64,000 bases of DNA, from NCBI GenBank assembly GCA_964106645.2, contig OZ067042.1. One strand, written 5' to 3'. Of this stretch, positions 37,916-51,009 are shown in pieces. The notes beneath the pieces are model-generated. The model made no database searches and was not told the DNA's origin. It saw nothing but the letters and a program-made list of their open reading frames with translations. Both the position numbers and the translations under genes were made by a program. The DNA is from Podarcis pityusensis. Lineage: Eukaryota. Within the stretch, counting starts at the first letter, position 1, and each line of letters starts with the position of its first letter.

Positions 37916-38166
37916 GAGTTGTACCTTGGAAGTTGAAAGGAATCTGTTCTGGAAGTCTGTTCAACTTTCCAAAACATTCGGAAACCAAAACATGGCTTCC
38001 AATTGGCTGCAGAAGCATCCTGCAGCCAATCAGAAACCGTGGAAGCCACACTGGACATTTGGCTTCCAAAAATCATTAAAAAACCGGAACACTCACTTCT
38101 GGGTTTCGATCATTCGGGAGCAGATTTGTTCAGGAGCCAAGGCATTCGGGATCCAAGGTACAACTG
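37916..38166. mobile_element. Tc1/mariner MITE family D
   Basis: TA-GAGTTGTACCTTGGA ... TCCAAGGTACAACTG-TA. Confidence 0.85.
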
Positions 38167-38444
38167 TAAACTCTTCTGCAGCTCTAACTACTGGGGGTCT
38201 TCTAGACAGTGAACAACATGTTTAAAATCCTATTATGCCAAACCTACACAACTTTTGACACATTAAATTTTAAAAAGTTTGCAGTCATTCCTATAAGTAG
38301 CCCATTTGTTTGGTTGGTGAGCTGTAATTAGTTTGGCAGGTTGCTTGTTGTACGGGCTTTATATTATGTGTCAGTGTTTGAAGGGGAAAGCAGAAAGAAA
38401 GAATGTACGTATGATTAAATGTTTATTAAAATTTAAATATTCAA

Positions 38445-38618
38445 GCTGTCGAGCGGCCGAGGGCGCATGCGCCGTCAGTATGGGTGCTGCTTGAGCGGCG
38501 TCCATATGGGCTGCCGTGCGTGCACAGTCCATACGTGCACTGTGCATGCGCCACTGGGCGGTTCGCCCCACCCCTCGACGCCCCACCCCGGGTATCAGAG
38601 AGGCTTCCTCCGCCACTG
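38445..38618. mobile_element. CpG-rich truncated palindromic element (probable MITE remnant)
   Basis: 18 CpGs in ~170 bp, imperfect inverted repeat centred on CCATATGG, ends CCTCCGCCACTG; no matching left terminus. Confidence 0.5.
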
Positions 38619-39038
38619 GCTGAGAGCTTCATTTAAATCCTATACCAAATGTGTTAACGCCAGCCCACAAGCAATCCCAACCTGGGAGGTTTAGAAATAG
38701 GATTGAAATAATTATTTATATCATATTGTGAGGATGAATGTGGGAAGAGCTACCACATTTAGTCTAGCAGCAGTTGTAGTAAATAAACATGGGAGGAGTG
38801 GACTTTGGATTTTACTGGGCTTGGAGATTCCATCATGATTATACAAAATCAGGCTTTGTTGAGATGCACACAGTCAAGTTTGCAAGAAATATGCATGCAT
38901 TTCCAAGACTACTTCATCACATTGAAATCTCTTGTTTGAATGACATAAAAATTGCACACTCTCTCTCTGGACAAGCATTTCACTGAGCCAGGGACAAACT
39001 CACCAGATGGATCCCATTCCAAATCACATTAGCACAAT

Positions 39039-39085
<47 letters not shown>

Positions 39086-39087
39086 AA
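39039..39087. repeat. (AAAG)n microsatellite
   Basis: Direct reading. Confidence 0.95.
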
Positions 39088-39291
39088 TTAAACTGATGTA
39101 TAAACAGGGAGCGCACAGAATGTACTAAAGAGAAAGCCTCTCAAGGCCTATTAGTGACAATCCAAAATAAGATGTGGCAAATTGCAGCAGAGAGACTCTG
39201 GTGGAAACATGTCCTCATGGACTTATAATCAAAAGGATTGTACAGGTTTATTTATATGTAAAGGAAATGCACACCAATCAAGGAATTACAG

Positions 39292-39544
39292 CATGGGTAG
39301 GCAAACTAAGGCCTGGGGGCCAGATCCGGCCCAATCGCCTACTAAATCCAGCCCACGGAGGGTCTGGGAATCAGCGTGTTTTTACATGAGTAGAATGTGT
39401 CCTTTTATTTAAAATGCATCTCTGGGTTATTTGTGGGGCACAGGAATTTGTTCATTCCACCCCCCAAAAAAATATAGTCCGGCCCCCCACAAGGTCTGAG
39501 GGACAGTGGACTGGCCCCCTGCTGAAAAAGTTTGCTGACCCCTG
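39292..39544. mobile_element. hAT-type MITE
   Basis: CATGGGTAGGCAAACT / AGTTTGCTGACCCCTG; exact TSD AATTACAG at 39284-39291 and 39545-39552. Confidence 0.9.
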
Positions 39545-39884
39545 AATTACAGGGTCTCACTGGGAATTAAAAACACAATACAATGAAGTGAAACAGTCAC
39601 ATGCAAATAAAGGCATTCAAGCACCTGTGTTTTCCTTAGTAGGTTTTTACGTTAAATGGCAAACTGTGTTATAAGCTCAGCATTAAAAATTGTTAAATTG
39701 TGTTCACAGGAACACTTTGGTCTTAAAAAATGATGTGCACTTCATAGAGCTTGTAGCAACTTCAAGCTGCTGCAAACTTTACGTTTTTAACACGTTTCTA
39801 CTGATCAGCGTGTGATAAACAGATGAAAATGTACACAGCTCCATATATGTGTGTAGAGGAATGGGGTTAGGTGAGTATCATTTT

Positions 39885-40360
39885 CAATACTTACTTATTC
39901 AATGAGACTATTTATAAACTGCCAACTCATTAAAAAAAGAAACACTATCAAAGCGGTGTGTGCAATAACAACATAAAACCATAGAATCATAAAATGCAGA
40001 ACAAATGACCAACCGTGAATTGGATTAATTCTCTACAAAAGCTTGGCAAAACAAATTCATTTTGAGCAGGTGACAAAATAGCAGGATTGTAGGCACCTGA
40101 CTGATTTCCATAGGGACAGCCTTCCAAATTCATTGTGCCACTATCTTAAAAGCCCTGGTCTGCATGGAAAATAAATGAATATGAGATTATCTGTGAGGCA
40201 GTCAGGAGGGCTCTTCCACATGATCACGTGGTCTGGCTGGTGGATGAAGGTCAAGATGATATTTCAGGTCACCTGGTTCCAGACTCTTTATGACTTTGTA
40301 TGCTAATAGCTTGGCTTGGTAATGTGCCGGGAGCCAGTGTAGGGTGTGATAGGCTGATAT
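39885..40360 (-). mobile_element. Old L2-like 3' fragment
   Basis: TTTATAAACTGCC..CAAAGCGG terminus and GCCTTCCA..GGAGCCAGTGTAG motifs, as in other L2 copies. Confidence 0.5.
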
Positions 40361-40379
40361 GGATCTGTTGTAGATGTTT

Positions 40380-40607
40380 CAGTGGACGTTTGGACATATG
40401 CCTGGAGGTCCGTTCTGGAGGTCCGTTCTTAACCTGAAACTGTTCTTAACCTGAGGTACCATTTTAGCTAATGGGGCCTCCCGCTCCCCCTGCTCCGCCG
40501 CCGTGCGATTTCTGTTCTCATCCTGAAGCAAAGTTCTTAACCCGAGGTACTATTTCTGGGTTAGCGGAGTCTGTAACCTGAAGCGTGTGCAACCCGAGGT
40601 ACCACTG
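40380..40607. mobile_element. Tc1/mariner MITE family A with altered left end
   Basis: 40402-40607 matches 24672-24866; intact right TIR plus TA; left end CAGTGGACG.. and a 13-bp tandem duplication CTGGAGGTCCGTT. Confidence 0.85.
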
Positions 40608-42217
40608 TATAGAGAGGAAAGAAGTTCACAGCAACAGCAAAATAAGATTCTAGCAGAAGACATCCTCCCTTTATACCAGACCTCCCTCATCTTATCAGAT
40701 GGCCCCAAAAGAAAGCAAAATGTGGGGGTTACCACAGACTATTTCTGGACTATGTTTCCCAAAGTTATTTCTATTGCAATCTGGAAGACTGATTAAATTT
40801 CAAAGGCTATTTATTTACTCGATTCTGTTCTGTTCCTCATACCCACAAGTTTTTGGCCCTTTTGGATATGTTTAATCATTTTTTACATGTGGAACAGGGT
40901 GTGATAATTAGTAGACTTACTATTAATGGTACACATCAAATTGTTGATAGGCTTATTAAAATCACTGCAGCCTGAGGCTAGTTTTCTAGTTAGTGAGAAA
41001 ACAGCAGTGACCTCTGACGAAGCGCTGTGACGATGTGTGGGTCTGTATCACCAGCTGTGATCTACAATAGAAGTAGAAAAGGATATTTCAAAGCTCTGGA
41101 AGACTAAGTGTTCTTTTATCTCTGGAGATCAAGCAAGCATTTCCTGAAAACCCTCAGCGTAAACTTTATGTTTGGTTTTTTAAATATTCGATTTATGACC
41201 ATTCTAGCATGCAGGAAAGATTCTGAGTCTATACCTAACTGCTAGGCATGGAAACTTCTGAAGAAGAACAAATAGGACAAATCATATTTGCCCATGACTG
41301 TGATAGACATACAGCTAATAATATGAAATCCCTCATTCACCTAATCCTGTACATTTTATAGCTCTATTCAGAGCTGCTTGAACTGCATCCATGGAAAGTA
41401 TGCAGGGTCCTGTACTCTGCCTGTTTCTTCCCACTCATTGAGAAGATCTGCAAGAGTATTTTAATCACATCCAGCTCAGCACAATTGCAGTCCTCCAGGG
41501 CAGGTTAAAAACTCTATAAATAAGTCAGAAATTAAATTGTTACGACAAAAGGGAGGGGGAGCCTTTGTAAAAATCCATATAAACACATATTTTTTTTGCT
41601 CTCTGGCACCATCTTGTGTTGGATGTTTATAACACATTCAAAACATATTGTGATGAATGTTGCTGAGTCCCTGGTGATTGGGAACTCACAGGGCTCTTGA
41701 TCGTGGGGATGACTGTAAACATGTTCAATGCACTCCCACTCAATACTTATGGGAATTGTAGTCCAATGGCATCTGGAAGTGACCATGTTCGCTATCCCTG
41801 AGCTAGATAGACCAAAGGTCTGAAGGCAATTTTCTAAAACATAAGGGTTATACCAGAAATTAATGAGGAATAGGAACTCATAGTACAAATGGGAGTCCCA
41901 TTTAGAACCTGTTTGTGCCCATTCATTTTTTTTGGGGGGGGGGCTTATCCTTTTTTTGGTGGTGACAGCAGCCACTGCAACACCATTTTGTGCCCCCCCC
42001 CCACAAATAATCCATATATTATGTCATTTTGGGACATGCCAAGAAACCCATGGTAGGTGCCATGAGTGGGTAATAATCAGTGCTTTTAGGGGTACAGCAC
42101 TCTCATTTTCCTACTCATATTGAAATACTGCCCCTTAATGAGGCCAAACTGAGATTCACAAAATGTTTAGGTGTATGCGTACCCCTGCGTCCCCCCCAGA
42201 AAAAAAGCACTGCTAAT

Positions 42218-42543
42218 AAAACCACAGAGCCTAGGGCTTGCCGATCAGAAGGCCGGTGGTTCGAATCCCCGCAGCGGGGTGAGCTCCTGTTCCTCGGTCC
42301 CTGCTCCTGCCCACCTAGCAGTTCAAAAGCATGAAGTGCAAGTAGATAAATAGGTACCGCTCCGGCGGGAAGGTAAATGGCGTTTCCATGCGCTGCTTTG
42401 GTTCGTCAGAAGCAGCTTAGTCATGCTGGCCACATGACCCGGAAGCTGTATGCCGGCTCCCTCGGCCAGTAAAGCGAGATGAGCACTGCAACCCCAGAGT
42501 CGGTCACGACTGGACCTAATGGTCAGGGGTCCCTTTACCTTTA
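42218..42543 (+). mobile_element. Sauria SINE, slightly 5'-truncated
   Basis: B box GGTTCGAATCC; colinear with 18740-19084; TTTACCTTT tail. Confidence 0.9.
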
Positions 42544-45039
42544 ATAATAGTAAAAGTGGTAGTAGTAGTAGTAGTAATAGTAATGGCAGCCCTCGGTTGT
42601 GGATTCCTCCATCCCAAGAAGTTGCTGCACAAGAGACCAAAAGTCACAATATTAGTGTCAAGGAGGCATCTTTTTTAAAAAACAAAACACTTCACAATCT
42701 AGTTTTCATCTGAGCAAGAACTAGAGAGTTTTAGTATACTGTGGTGGCTGACCCACCTCAATGCACTAAACATTTTTGTCCTATTTCTCTCAAGGAGAGG
42801 CTGCAGCTTGCCGACTTCCAATGAATCAACCGAAACAATATTGTGTTTGTGCATTTCCCTTCCATTAAAATGACAGTTATACGGCCTAGGGACTGATTTA
42901 CCGTGGCAATTTGGTTATTGATAGAACGCAGGCTGTCCAAGTGTCCCTCACTGTAAGGAATATCCCACATTTATTTTTATAATGTTAAATCTGACCTTCC
43001 TTACCTCATTAGCCCTAAAGGACAGCACCTAGTCACACCTCTTAAAGCTGCAGCCCAGGACCCATCCTGAGACGTATGCTGTCAGAAATAGAATACCAAA
43101 ACTGCATCTCCTGCTTTAGCATTTGGGAAGTTCATGCATCTCTCCAAGACTTTCCTACAACCAGAACACTGCCCGTTTGTATCTATCTGTTATGTTTCCT
43201 GGAGCCAAACTCCAATTTTATAGCCAGAACATTCAGTCTGAGTAAATGAACATATTATGCCAGTGTAGGACTGGAAATCTCCAGCATAAGATCTGCTGTA
43301 TCCTTACGCGGCTCACCTTGGCTGATCTTGCCATATGGTTGTTCTCTAAGCCACTTCCCTTATCTTAGGGATGTCTGTCATCCTTTAGTTAAGTAACTCA
43401 GAGAATGTAGTGTGTATTTGTGTTGCGAATTTACCAACAGAAGGGATACTGCAAAAATTCACCCTGTTTCAGGTGCCCTTACAAATCTTCAATGGAAATT
43501 CTCATTATTTTAAACGAGAAGGCAAGTTTTTCTACCGCTCTTTGTGGATGATAATCCAATGTGTAAATGAATGGAGAGGGGAATTAGGATTGTAGCTGCT
43601 ATCTGACCTTTACATGTTTCTGTATCCATTTATACATAGGAAACTCAGCTATGCATAACCAAGTGCATGTCGGAACTCTATGCACAATCCCTACTCTGCA
43701 AAACTGGAAGGTGTATAAATTGTGGGAAGGGCAGCCACACACATTCAATTCTAATATACCTTGCATTTTGTACTGTGCTGGGTGTTGTTATGGCTTATAA
43801 CTAAAACTATAAAACTGAACTGAATCAAAGACTGGGGCAGGGGCAGAGTTTGATTTAAATATCAGGAAAAACCTGCCATAAAAAAAACAAATAGTAATTG
43901 TGCTGATGGTGGCATTTCCAGCCAAAAGTACAAAAGATTGTGTCATTAAAAATCCTTATTGTTACACATTTCTTTTCTCTTTTTATTTACTTACTATGTT
44001 TTTATGCCACCCCATAAGCAGAGTTCTGTGGGCAGTGTAAATAAAAATGGTTAAAATACAATAGAACAATAAAAAAATTGCAGTGTGAAATGCGATAAAA
44101 GCAGCGAACAGCAATTATAATGCAAAGCACAGCACAGCAGAAATGAAGCAGTAAAATTAAATATAAACAGAGTCCTTAAAAAACTTTTAAAAAGCCACTG
44201 GCTTCACATCTGGGAGAATAACAATAATAATAAAATCTTTAAGTCCTAAAGAATAAAAAGCAGGTTACAAGCAAGCCTTTTGGATGGGATAGTGGAGAAG
44301 ACTCCTACTGCATGTTTCTTGGTAGTGGCATTTGGACAAGGGACTCCAATGAGACCACCATCTTTATTATACTTTCCTAATGAAACCATCACTGATGTGT
44401 CAATGCAGTGGCTGGACTGTTGCCTTGAGCTGGTCATCAGGAACATATTACTGTTGAAACAACAGCACTGGCCTGTGACAAATGACCCTCAGGAAGTGGC
44501 CCAGATGGCACCTGGTCCAAAGTCTCCAGAGAGGACCAGAGAGAAGCCATTGTGTACCCACTGACCAGCAAAGCAACTTTTGGGAACTGCACAAACTTTT
44601 TGATTTCTAAGGAGATGTTTTTGAGGGACTGTTCTTACCTTGGAGCCTGTGCTGAAAAGCTACCAAAGCTTCTCTGCTCTTGTTAGCGTGCTTGAGTTCT
44701 AGAAAAAATAGCACTGGTAAGACATATCTGTGAGTGGCACCATGTGGCAAGATCAAATGTGGGATCTTTGGGGGGGGCAGGGGCTTTGATACAGCTACTT
44801 GCCAAAGATGCAAGGGACCCTAGGTATGCCTCTGAAGAGAAGGGAAATGAATGAATGAATTATATTTCTATGCACTGCAGACTTTTATCCATCCTTCCTT
44901 CCTTTCTGATCCACCCTGCTGTATTAATTTACTAGGCAATGTATTTTTTATAATACAAAGGCTGAGACTTCTAGGTTTGGACCTGAAATCTCAGAGTCTG
45001 GGATGCTCCACACCTTGCAACACTACTGGCAGATTAGAG

Positions 45040-45380
45040 GCTAGTAGTTTCAATGCCCCGATCAAAAGGCTGGTCCTGACCTTTGAAACCCTATTTTGTT
45101 TTTAACTCGGATACCTGAAGGACCATCGCCTCACATATGATCCTGCACTGCTTAAGATCAGTGTTGAACCCTTCAGGCCAGATATCATTGTTTCATTAAG
45201 ATCATCTGTAGAGGCCATGCTGTTGGTTCTAAACGAGTTTGGTTGAAACAAGAGAAATTGCTTTTTCTGTTGCTGCATTCAGATGTTGGAGCTCTCTGTC
45301 TAGGGAGATTTGTTCTGTCCCCTCATTGGCCTTTTGCCACACCATTGAGACTTTCCCTGTTTAAGAAATCGTGTGACCTT
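45040..45380 (+). mobile_element. Old L2-like fragment
   Basis: GCTGGTCCTGACCTTTGAAACCCT..GGATACCTGAAGGACCATC..TTAAGATC (LVLTF..YLKD..LRS). Confidence 0.55.
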
Positions 45381-47065
45381 TAGAGGCCGGTCTCTACTGT
45401 GTGCCCTTGCCACAACTGATGTATAATCCTTCTGCATTTCTTACACAGTTTTTATACAGATGCTCTTTGTAGTTGCTCTTCTTTCCCTTTTTCCTTTCTG
45501 GCTTGTGATTCTGGTTGATTTTTCTTTGTTGTTCCTTGTATTTTATAATTGCTCTTGTTAGTTACTCTTAAACTATAAAAGGACAGAGAAGAATATCAAT
45601 ATTTTTAAAGCAAACAAGTAAACAGACAAGTGAATAGCAAGCTCATTTAAAATATAATTAATGGTGTGAATGGCAAGAAGGCATTTTGCTTTTCGACCGC
45701 TTGGCAGGAAGTAAGTCTTGCAAATGACACAACACGACAAGGGTGAAGGTGGGTCCAAAACATTTTGTGCAAAACCCAAATGGCAATTCTACCCAATGTA
45801 TGCACCTTGGCCTTCTTCAAAACAGAGAACTTTGTCACAGAGCAACAATAGGTAGTACCCACAAGCCACATATTTAAGTCATTTGTGTACATTATACTGT
45901 GCTATTGAGTGATGCATAGTCCTCTAGTACTTTCTTCTGAGCATTTGCAATAGCTGATTCCAATGTATGTTTTTGTGCAACCCCCTTGTGCAACTGTGAT
46001 TATTATAACTGCGACAGCAAATAACATGTGCTACTGTTGTGCAATACCGGTTCCTAAATTTCCTGCACAAACGCTATGTTGGATCTCACAGATTTCATTT
46101 TTAAATACTTTGTTGCATACTCAAGATCGCATTTTATATATAATTGTAATAAGTAAATATAGTTAAGCCGAGACACTGCTGCCTGCTAGCCCTGTTCAAA
46201 TTCTGCCACCTGCCACCTGCCGCCTTCCCAAAGAGTCAGTCCTGGGAAGGAACCCCTCCCCCCCTCAACTCTCATTGATCTGTTCTGCAGATATATTTAG
46301 ATCATAGTGCTTTCATTATGGCACCTTTCCCAAGCAATTACCCTTTAAAAAGTGAAATGAAGCAAAGCTGGCATATGTGACGTGACATTGAAGGAAGCTC
46401 ATTTTTAAAAGTTGGAGTTACTCTTGATAAAAAAAAGTCACTTGCTGAGTCAGTGCACTGTGGACCTGCAGTAGATCAGTGCCAAGTCTGTGTGATCTAA
46501 CATATTCCCTTATCAGATAATTCTCTACTAAATCAAGGCACTTTTCTGTCAAACCTTTGGTTAATGATAATGGATCAAAGTTGCCAGTAGCAGGATAGAT
46601 CACTATTAAATCAAATAGTTTGATAGGCGGTGCATTTTTAAAAAATAAATGCCATATTTATAATGTGTAGTACTGTCATATTTGTCACCCTCACTGACTC
46701 TAGCTGTCATGTGCCATAGGGGACTGTAACTACCCAAGTGTGTGTGTCAGGATTGCTTTGCAGTAGGCTGGCAGCTCTCTCTTTCTCTCTCATTATGGAC
46801 CATTAATTTCAAGTTTCTATTTCACACCCTGCTTAGAAGAGCTTACCAGAGCAGAACTTAAGCACCAAAAGCTCTACTTGATGGCATAATTCTTCTAGGT
46901 TGGAGCTCAGAGGCAAAGATTTCAACCCCCCCCTTTTTTTGCAAGGCTTCATTTCTACCTATATAGTTGGTAAGTTGCTTTACCCATAAGTTGTGGCAGA
47001 ATTTCAGTCACCAGAGGTTCACTAGGTATTACATAAAGGTTGCAGAAGCTGGGCTTGTCTAAAAT

Positions 47066-47201
47066 CATAGAATTGCAGATTTGGAAGGGATCAGAGGGTC
47101 ATCTAGTCCAACTCCCTGCAATGCAGGTATCTTTTGCCCAATGCAGGGCTTGAACTAATGACCATGAGATTAAGAGTCTCATTCTCTTACTGACTGAGCT
47201 A
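47066..47201 (-). mobile_element. tRNA-Lys-derived SINE with CR1 3' tail (POM/Squam2-like)
   Basis: Minus strand TAGCTCAGTCAGTAAGAGAATGAGACTCTTAATCTC..GTTCAAGCCC followed by CCTGCATTGCAGGGAGTTGGACTAGATGACCC..ATTCTATG, matching the CR1 end at 1713-1795. Confidence 0.8.
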
Positions 47202-47685
47202 CTTGTGTAGGTCAGATCTTTCTTCTCCCAAATAAAGTCTGGTTATACCACTATCACTGCTACAAGGTTTTACAGTAACAGTCTTTTGTATTGCTCTGGC
47301 TGCTCCTGCTTTGAACTTGAAAGGGCTGGGCATTTCTTTTTATTTATTTTTTAGCCCAGGGGCCTCATTCTCATCTGGGCAACCTGCTGAGGGCCACATG
47401 TCAGGGCTAGGCAGGGCTAGAGACAAAAGTGAGCAGAGCAACAACCATAAATTTTACCCTTGTACAGTAGAATAGTTTCTACACACATACATCCCTCTCT
47501 ATCCTCCATCCAGACAAGTGATTTTTATTGTGATGATCTTTTATTGGCTACTTTGAGAGTGTCTCAGGACTATAAAGCAGGATATAAGGAGTCTAAGTAA
47601 ATAAACCCTATCACCTATTTATTTGTGATATCTCTATCCTACTATTCTTCCACGGAACTCAATGTGGCACATGTACAATCCTCAG

Positions 47686-47908
47686 TGTTGTTGTTTTTTA
47701 GTCATTTAGTCGTGTCCGACTCTTTGTGACCCCATGGACCAGAGCCCGCCAGACACTCCTGTCTTCCACTGCCTCCTGCAGTTTGGTCAAACTCATGCTG
47801 GTAGCTTCAAAAACACTGTCCAACCATCTCATCCTCTGTCATCCCCTTCTCCTTGTGCCCTCAATCTTTCCCAACACCAGGGTCTTTTCCAGGGAGTCTT
47901 CTCTTCTC
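47686..47908 (-). mobile_element. BovB 3' fragment
   Basis: Reverse complement of ~6433-6650. Confidence 0.92.
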
Positions 47909-48207
47909 CACATCAAAGCACTGACCTGAAGACATTGACCTGCTCACTTAAGTAAGGTTGCTGTATTGGCTGCCTTGAAGTCTATAGTTCAATGTAAAGG
48001 CTTGTCCATATTTCTGCTTGCCTCACCACTTTGTCCTGGGAAAACCTCTTTACTACTGAATTGGAGAAAACATCAGTTGGATTTTCTGCAGATTGACAAA
48101 TGGAAGAGCACTCAAACCTGTGCCCAGAAAGCACAGAACAAGCAGAAAACCTTTTGGACCTGTGCTTTCTAGACATGGGACAAGCAGTGTGGATGAGCCC
48201 TAATGTA

Positions 48208-48288
48208 GCTGCTGCTGCTGCTGCTGCTGCTTCTTCTTCTTCTTCTTCTTCTTCTTCTTCTTCCTCCTCCTCCTCCTCCTCCTCCTCC
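48208..48288. repeat. Compound trinucleotide microsatellite (GCT)n(TCT)n(CCT)n
   Basis: Direct reading. Confidence 0.95.
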
Positions 48289-49554
48289 GTCATCAAGATT
48301 TTATTGCCCCACAAGCCTTTCTAGAAAAATATAGATGAGGCTATAGGACATTCTGAGGTTCTAGGCATGGAAGCAATCCCATTATGCTTGCTTGCGTAGC
48401 ATTTCAATAGCCGCAAAACATTGGAACAAATATATCAGAGGTGGCCTAGTCAATCATGGTGGGGAGAGATGAAATACATTCTTATGTATTTCTCCAGACA
48501 TACATTTATGAAAATAGGCTCATTTCTCTCAAGCAAAAGGTTTACAGACTGTGAAAAAGCTAAATGAGTCTCACTGGCAAGCCCATTATAGGATTTTGAA
48601 TATGCCATTAAATTGTATTATAGCTATGCATTTTTTGCTGCTATAGTTAAGCTTTTCACAATTTCATTAGAAATCCCATCCTTTAAAAGGTTTACAACTC
48701 AGCCATAAAAATTCTCCTTTGAACTAAAGTGAAGGCATGCAAAATCTCAGTTAGGATGTTTTTCCTTCTTGCTCATATTGTAAAGCTGTTTGGCCATTGC
48801 TCAAGTTGCCTTGTACCAGCCAATTTATGCTTTCCTCTAGGCAGCTAATGCTCTAATTTTTTCTTCTTCAAAGCTGGCAGCCTATTCTTATGCTGCCATT
48901 ATCAGCTCTGGAGAAAACAGGTATGTTGGCGGTGCAATATCAGCAGCCTGTCCCTGACGGGTGGGTCAGAATCATTACAGCTCCATGACACTTGACTTTA
49001 AAAACACATTAACAGCTACAGTTAATAACAAAGCATTTCAACAGATCAATATTGTACTGGCACCAATTGGGGAGGGCAATCTGGATGAAGCAGATGGAGC
49101 TGGGAGTAGGGCTGGAAACAGCTCTAGTGCAAAGAGATTTAGAGCAGCTTCAGGGATGACAAGAGACATGAAGAGTAGGGCAGTTGGGATTCTTGTAACC
49201 TACACATTAACACCACTTCTAAATCTCCACATTTTCCTTTGTGCCACTGCCAACACTGCAAAACAGAACATGGGATAAAGCTGTTTGCTTTCAACTAGTT
49301 TTAAGATGCATGCAGGCTAGAATAGAATTCTTCTTCGCTGAATCTCTCCTGTTTGCACCCTATCTGCTGAGGAGTTAACAGAAAGCTTACGAGTCCACTG
49401 TGCACCTGGAAGATAGTTCTAACAGTTGGTGGCACATATTACTTTTGAGCCAAATTGCTCGAGCAGGCTGGGCTGTGTTATTCCCAACTCTCTGCATTGT
49501 ACCAATTAGCTGGATGCACTTCAATCTAGTGTAAGGACTGGCTTCAGCACCAAA

Positions 49555-49990
49555 AAGGGACTTGGTTGCCCTTGATGGATAGCCTCTACTGGGATGAAGA
49601 GCAAGGAAGTTTCCCTTAGACCTCACACTGGCTTTTGATAGCATTGACCATGGTCCCTTTCTAGACTAGATATCTGGGATGGGAGCATTACAAGGATTGC
49701 CTCAATGATTCTGTCCTATCTTGACATACAGGAATGCTGGGAAACAATTGCTCTGTGCCATACTTCTGAGTTCTGTTGTGTGACATCTGTTTGAAGCTGC
49801 TAAGTGAGGTCATCTAGGCATTTGGAGTACAATGACATCAGTATGCTGGTGACAGCCACCTCTTTCCCTTTTTCATCTAACTTAGGTGAGTCTGTGAACA
49901 TGCTCAGTCAGTGTCTGGAATCTATAATGGACTGGAACAGGGCCAAGAAGCTGAAGCTCAGTCCAGACAAGTCAGAGGCATTGTACTGGA
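49555..49990 (+). mobile_element. Degenerate L2 RT fragment
   Basis: LDLTLAFDSIDHG, QYAGDSHL (YADD-like), KLKLSPDKSE. Confidence 0.7.
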
Positions 49991-50654
49991 TAGATGGTTT
50001 CATTGGAACAGGAGGGTTTTACATGAGTGAATGGATGACTCATTGAACAAATAGGCTGTTCCTAACATGTCATGCCAGTAAAACTGCTGTTTTTTGCATG
50101 TCTGTTGCAAAGCACCATTGTTAAACTACTTCATTCCAGCAGAGCTTCTAATTTATAAGGCCATAATATGTCTATAACATTTTTAATGCTTGTCTATAAA
50201 TGTTTTAGTAAGCACATAGACAACTAGCGTATGTTCAATTACAGCCCTCATGAGTGTCTGAATAGTTTTATAGCATACTATATCATGCAGGATGATATAA
50301 TGCCACCCCCACCCCTGAAAAATCTCTGCATACACTTCAAGTAAGTGGGTGGGTGGGGGGGTGAAGTTATCATATAGCACCAAGTTTTTCAGAAGTATGG
50401 TTTCTTTCAAACTTGCATGAGGTGTAGGGTAAGAAGTTGAGAACACTTTGTATGGTGTTCATTGGTACTGATGAAGAGAGCAATGGAGAGCTGTAAAGGG
50501 ACTTTAATACTTTTAGACTAGTATAACTGTTAAGGCTGCCACCAAAGTATCCTAGTGCTTAGGATGCTGAGAATTCTGTTACAGAGCCATTAGGCAAAGT
50601 GAGAAAATTCCCCAGGTGGCAGATGCTGGGGGGGGGGGCAGCATTCCCCTAGAC

Positions 50655-50864
50655 CGGGGTGTCCAACTCCCAAGAGACTGTGATCTACTCATAGAGTTAA
50701 AAACTGGCAGTGATCTACCCCCTTTTTAGAGTTCAGTGCAATGTTGTTGAGCTTTTTTTAGGGGAGCCCAAGTTGTTGAGCTTCTTTGGGGGGAGCCAGT
50801 GATCTACCAGTGATCTACCACAGACATGTAGCGATCTACCAGTAGATCACAAACTGCCTGCCTG
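50655..50864. mobile_element. hAT-type MITE
   Basis: CGGGGTGTCCAACT start, GATCTAC repeats, TSD CCCTAGAC / CCCTAAAC. Confidence 0.75.
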
Positions 50865-51009
50865 CCCTAAACTAACCTTCTGCCTTCAGATGCCATGGAA
50901 GACACTATCCCATTGCCAATGGGATAGCATTCAACTGTCTGTATAGTCACCTACGATATGTGGCATTGTGGATGGGATGCAACAAGTGTAAAATGATGCA
51001 TGTTGATGC

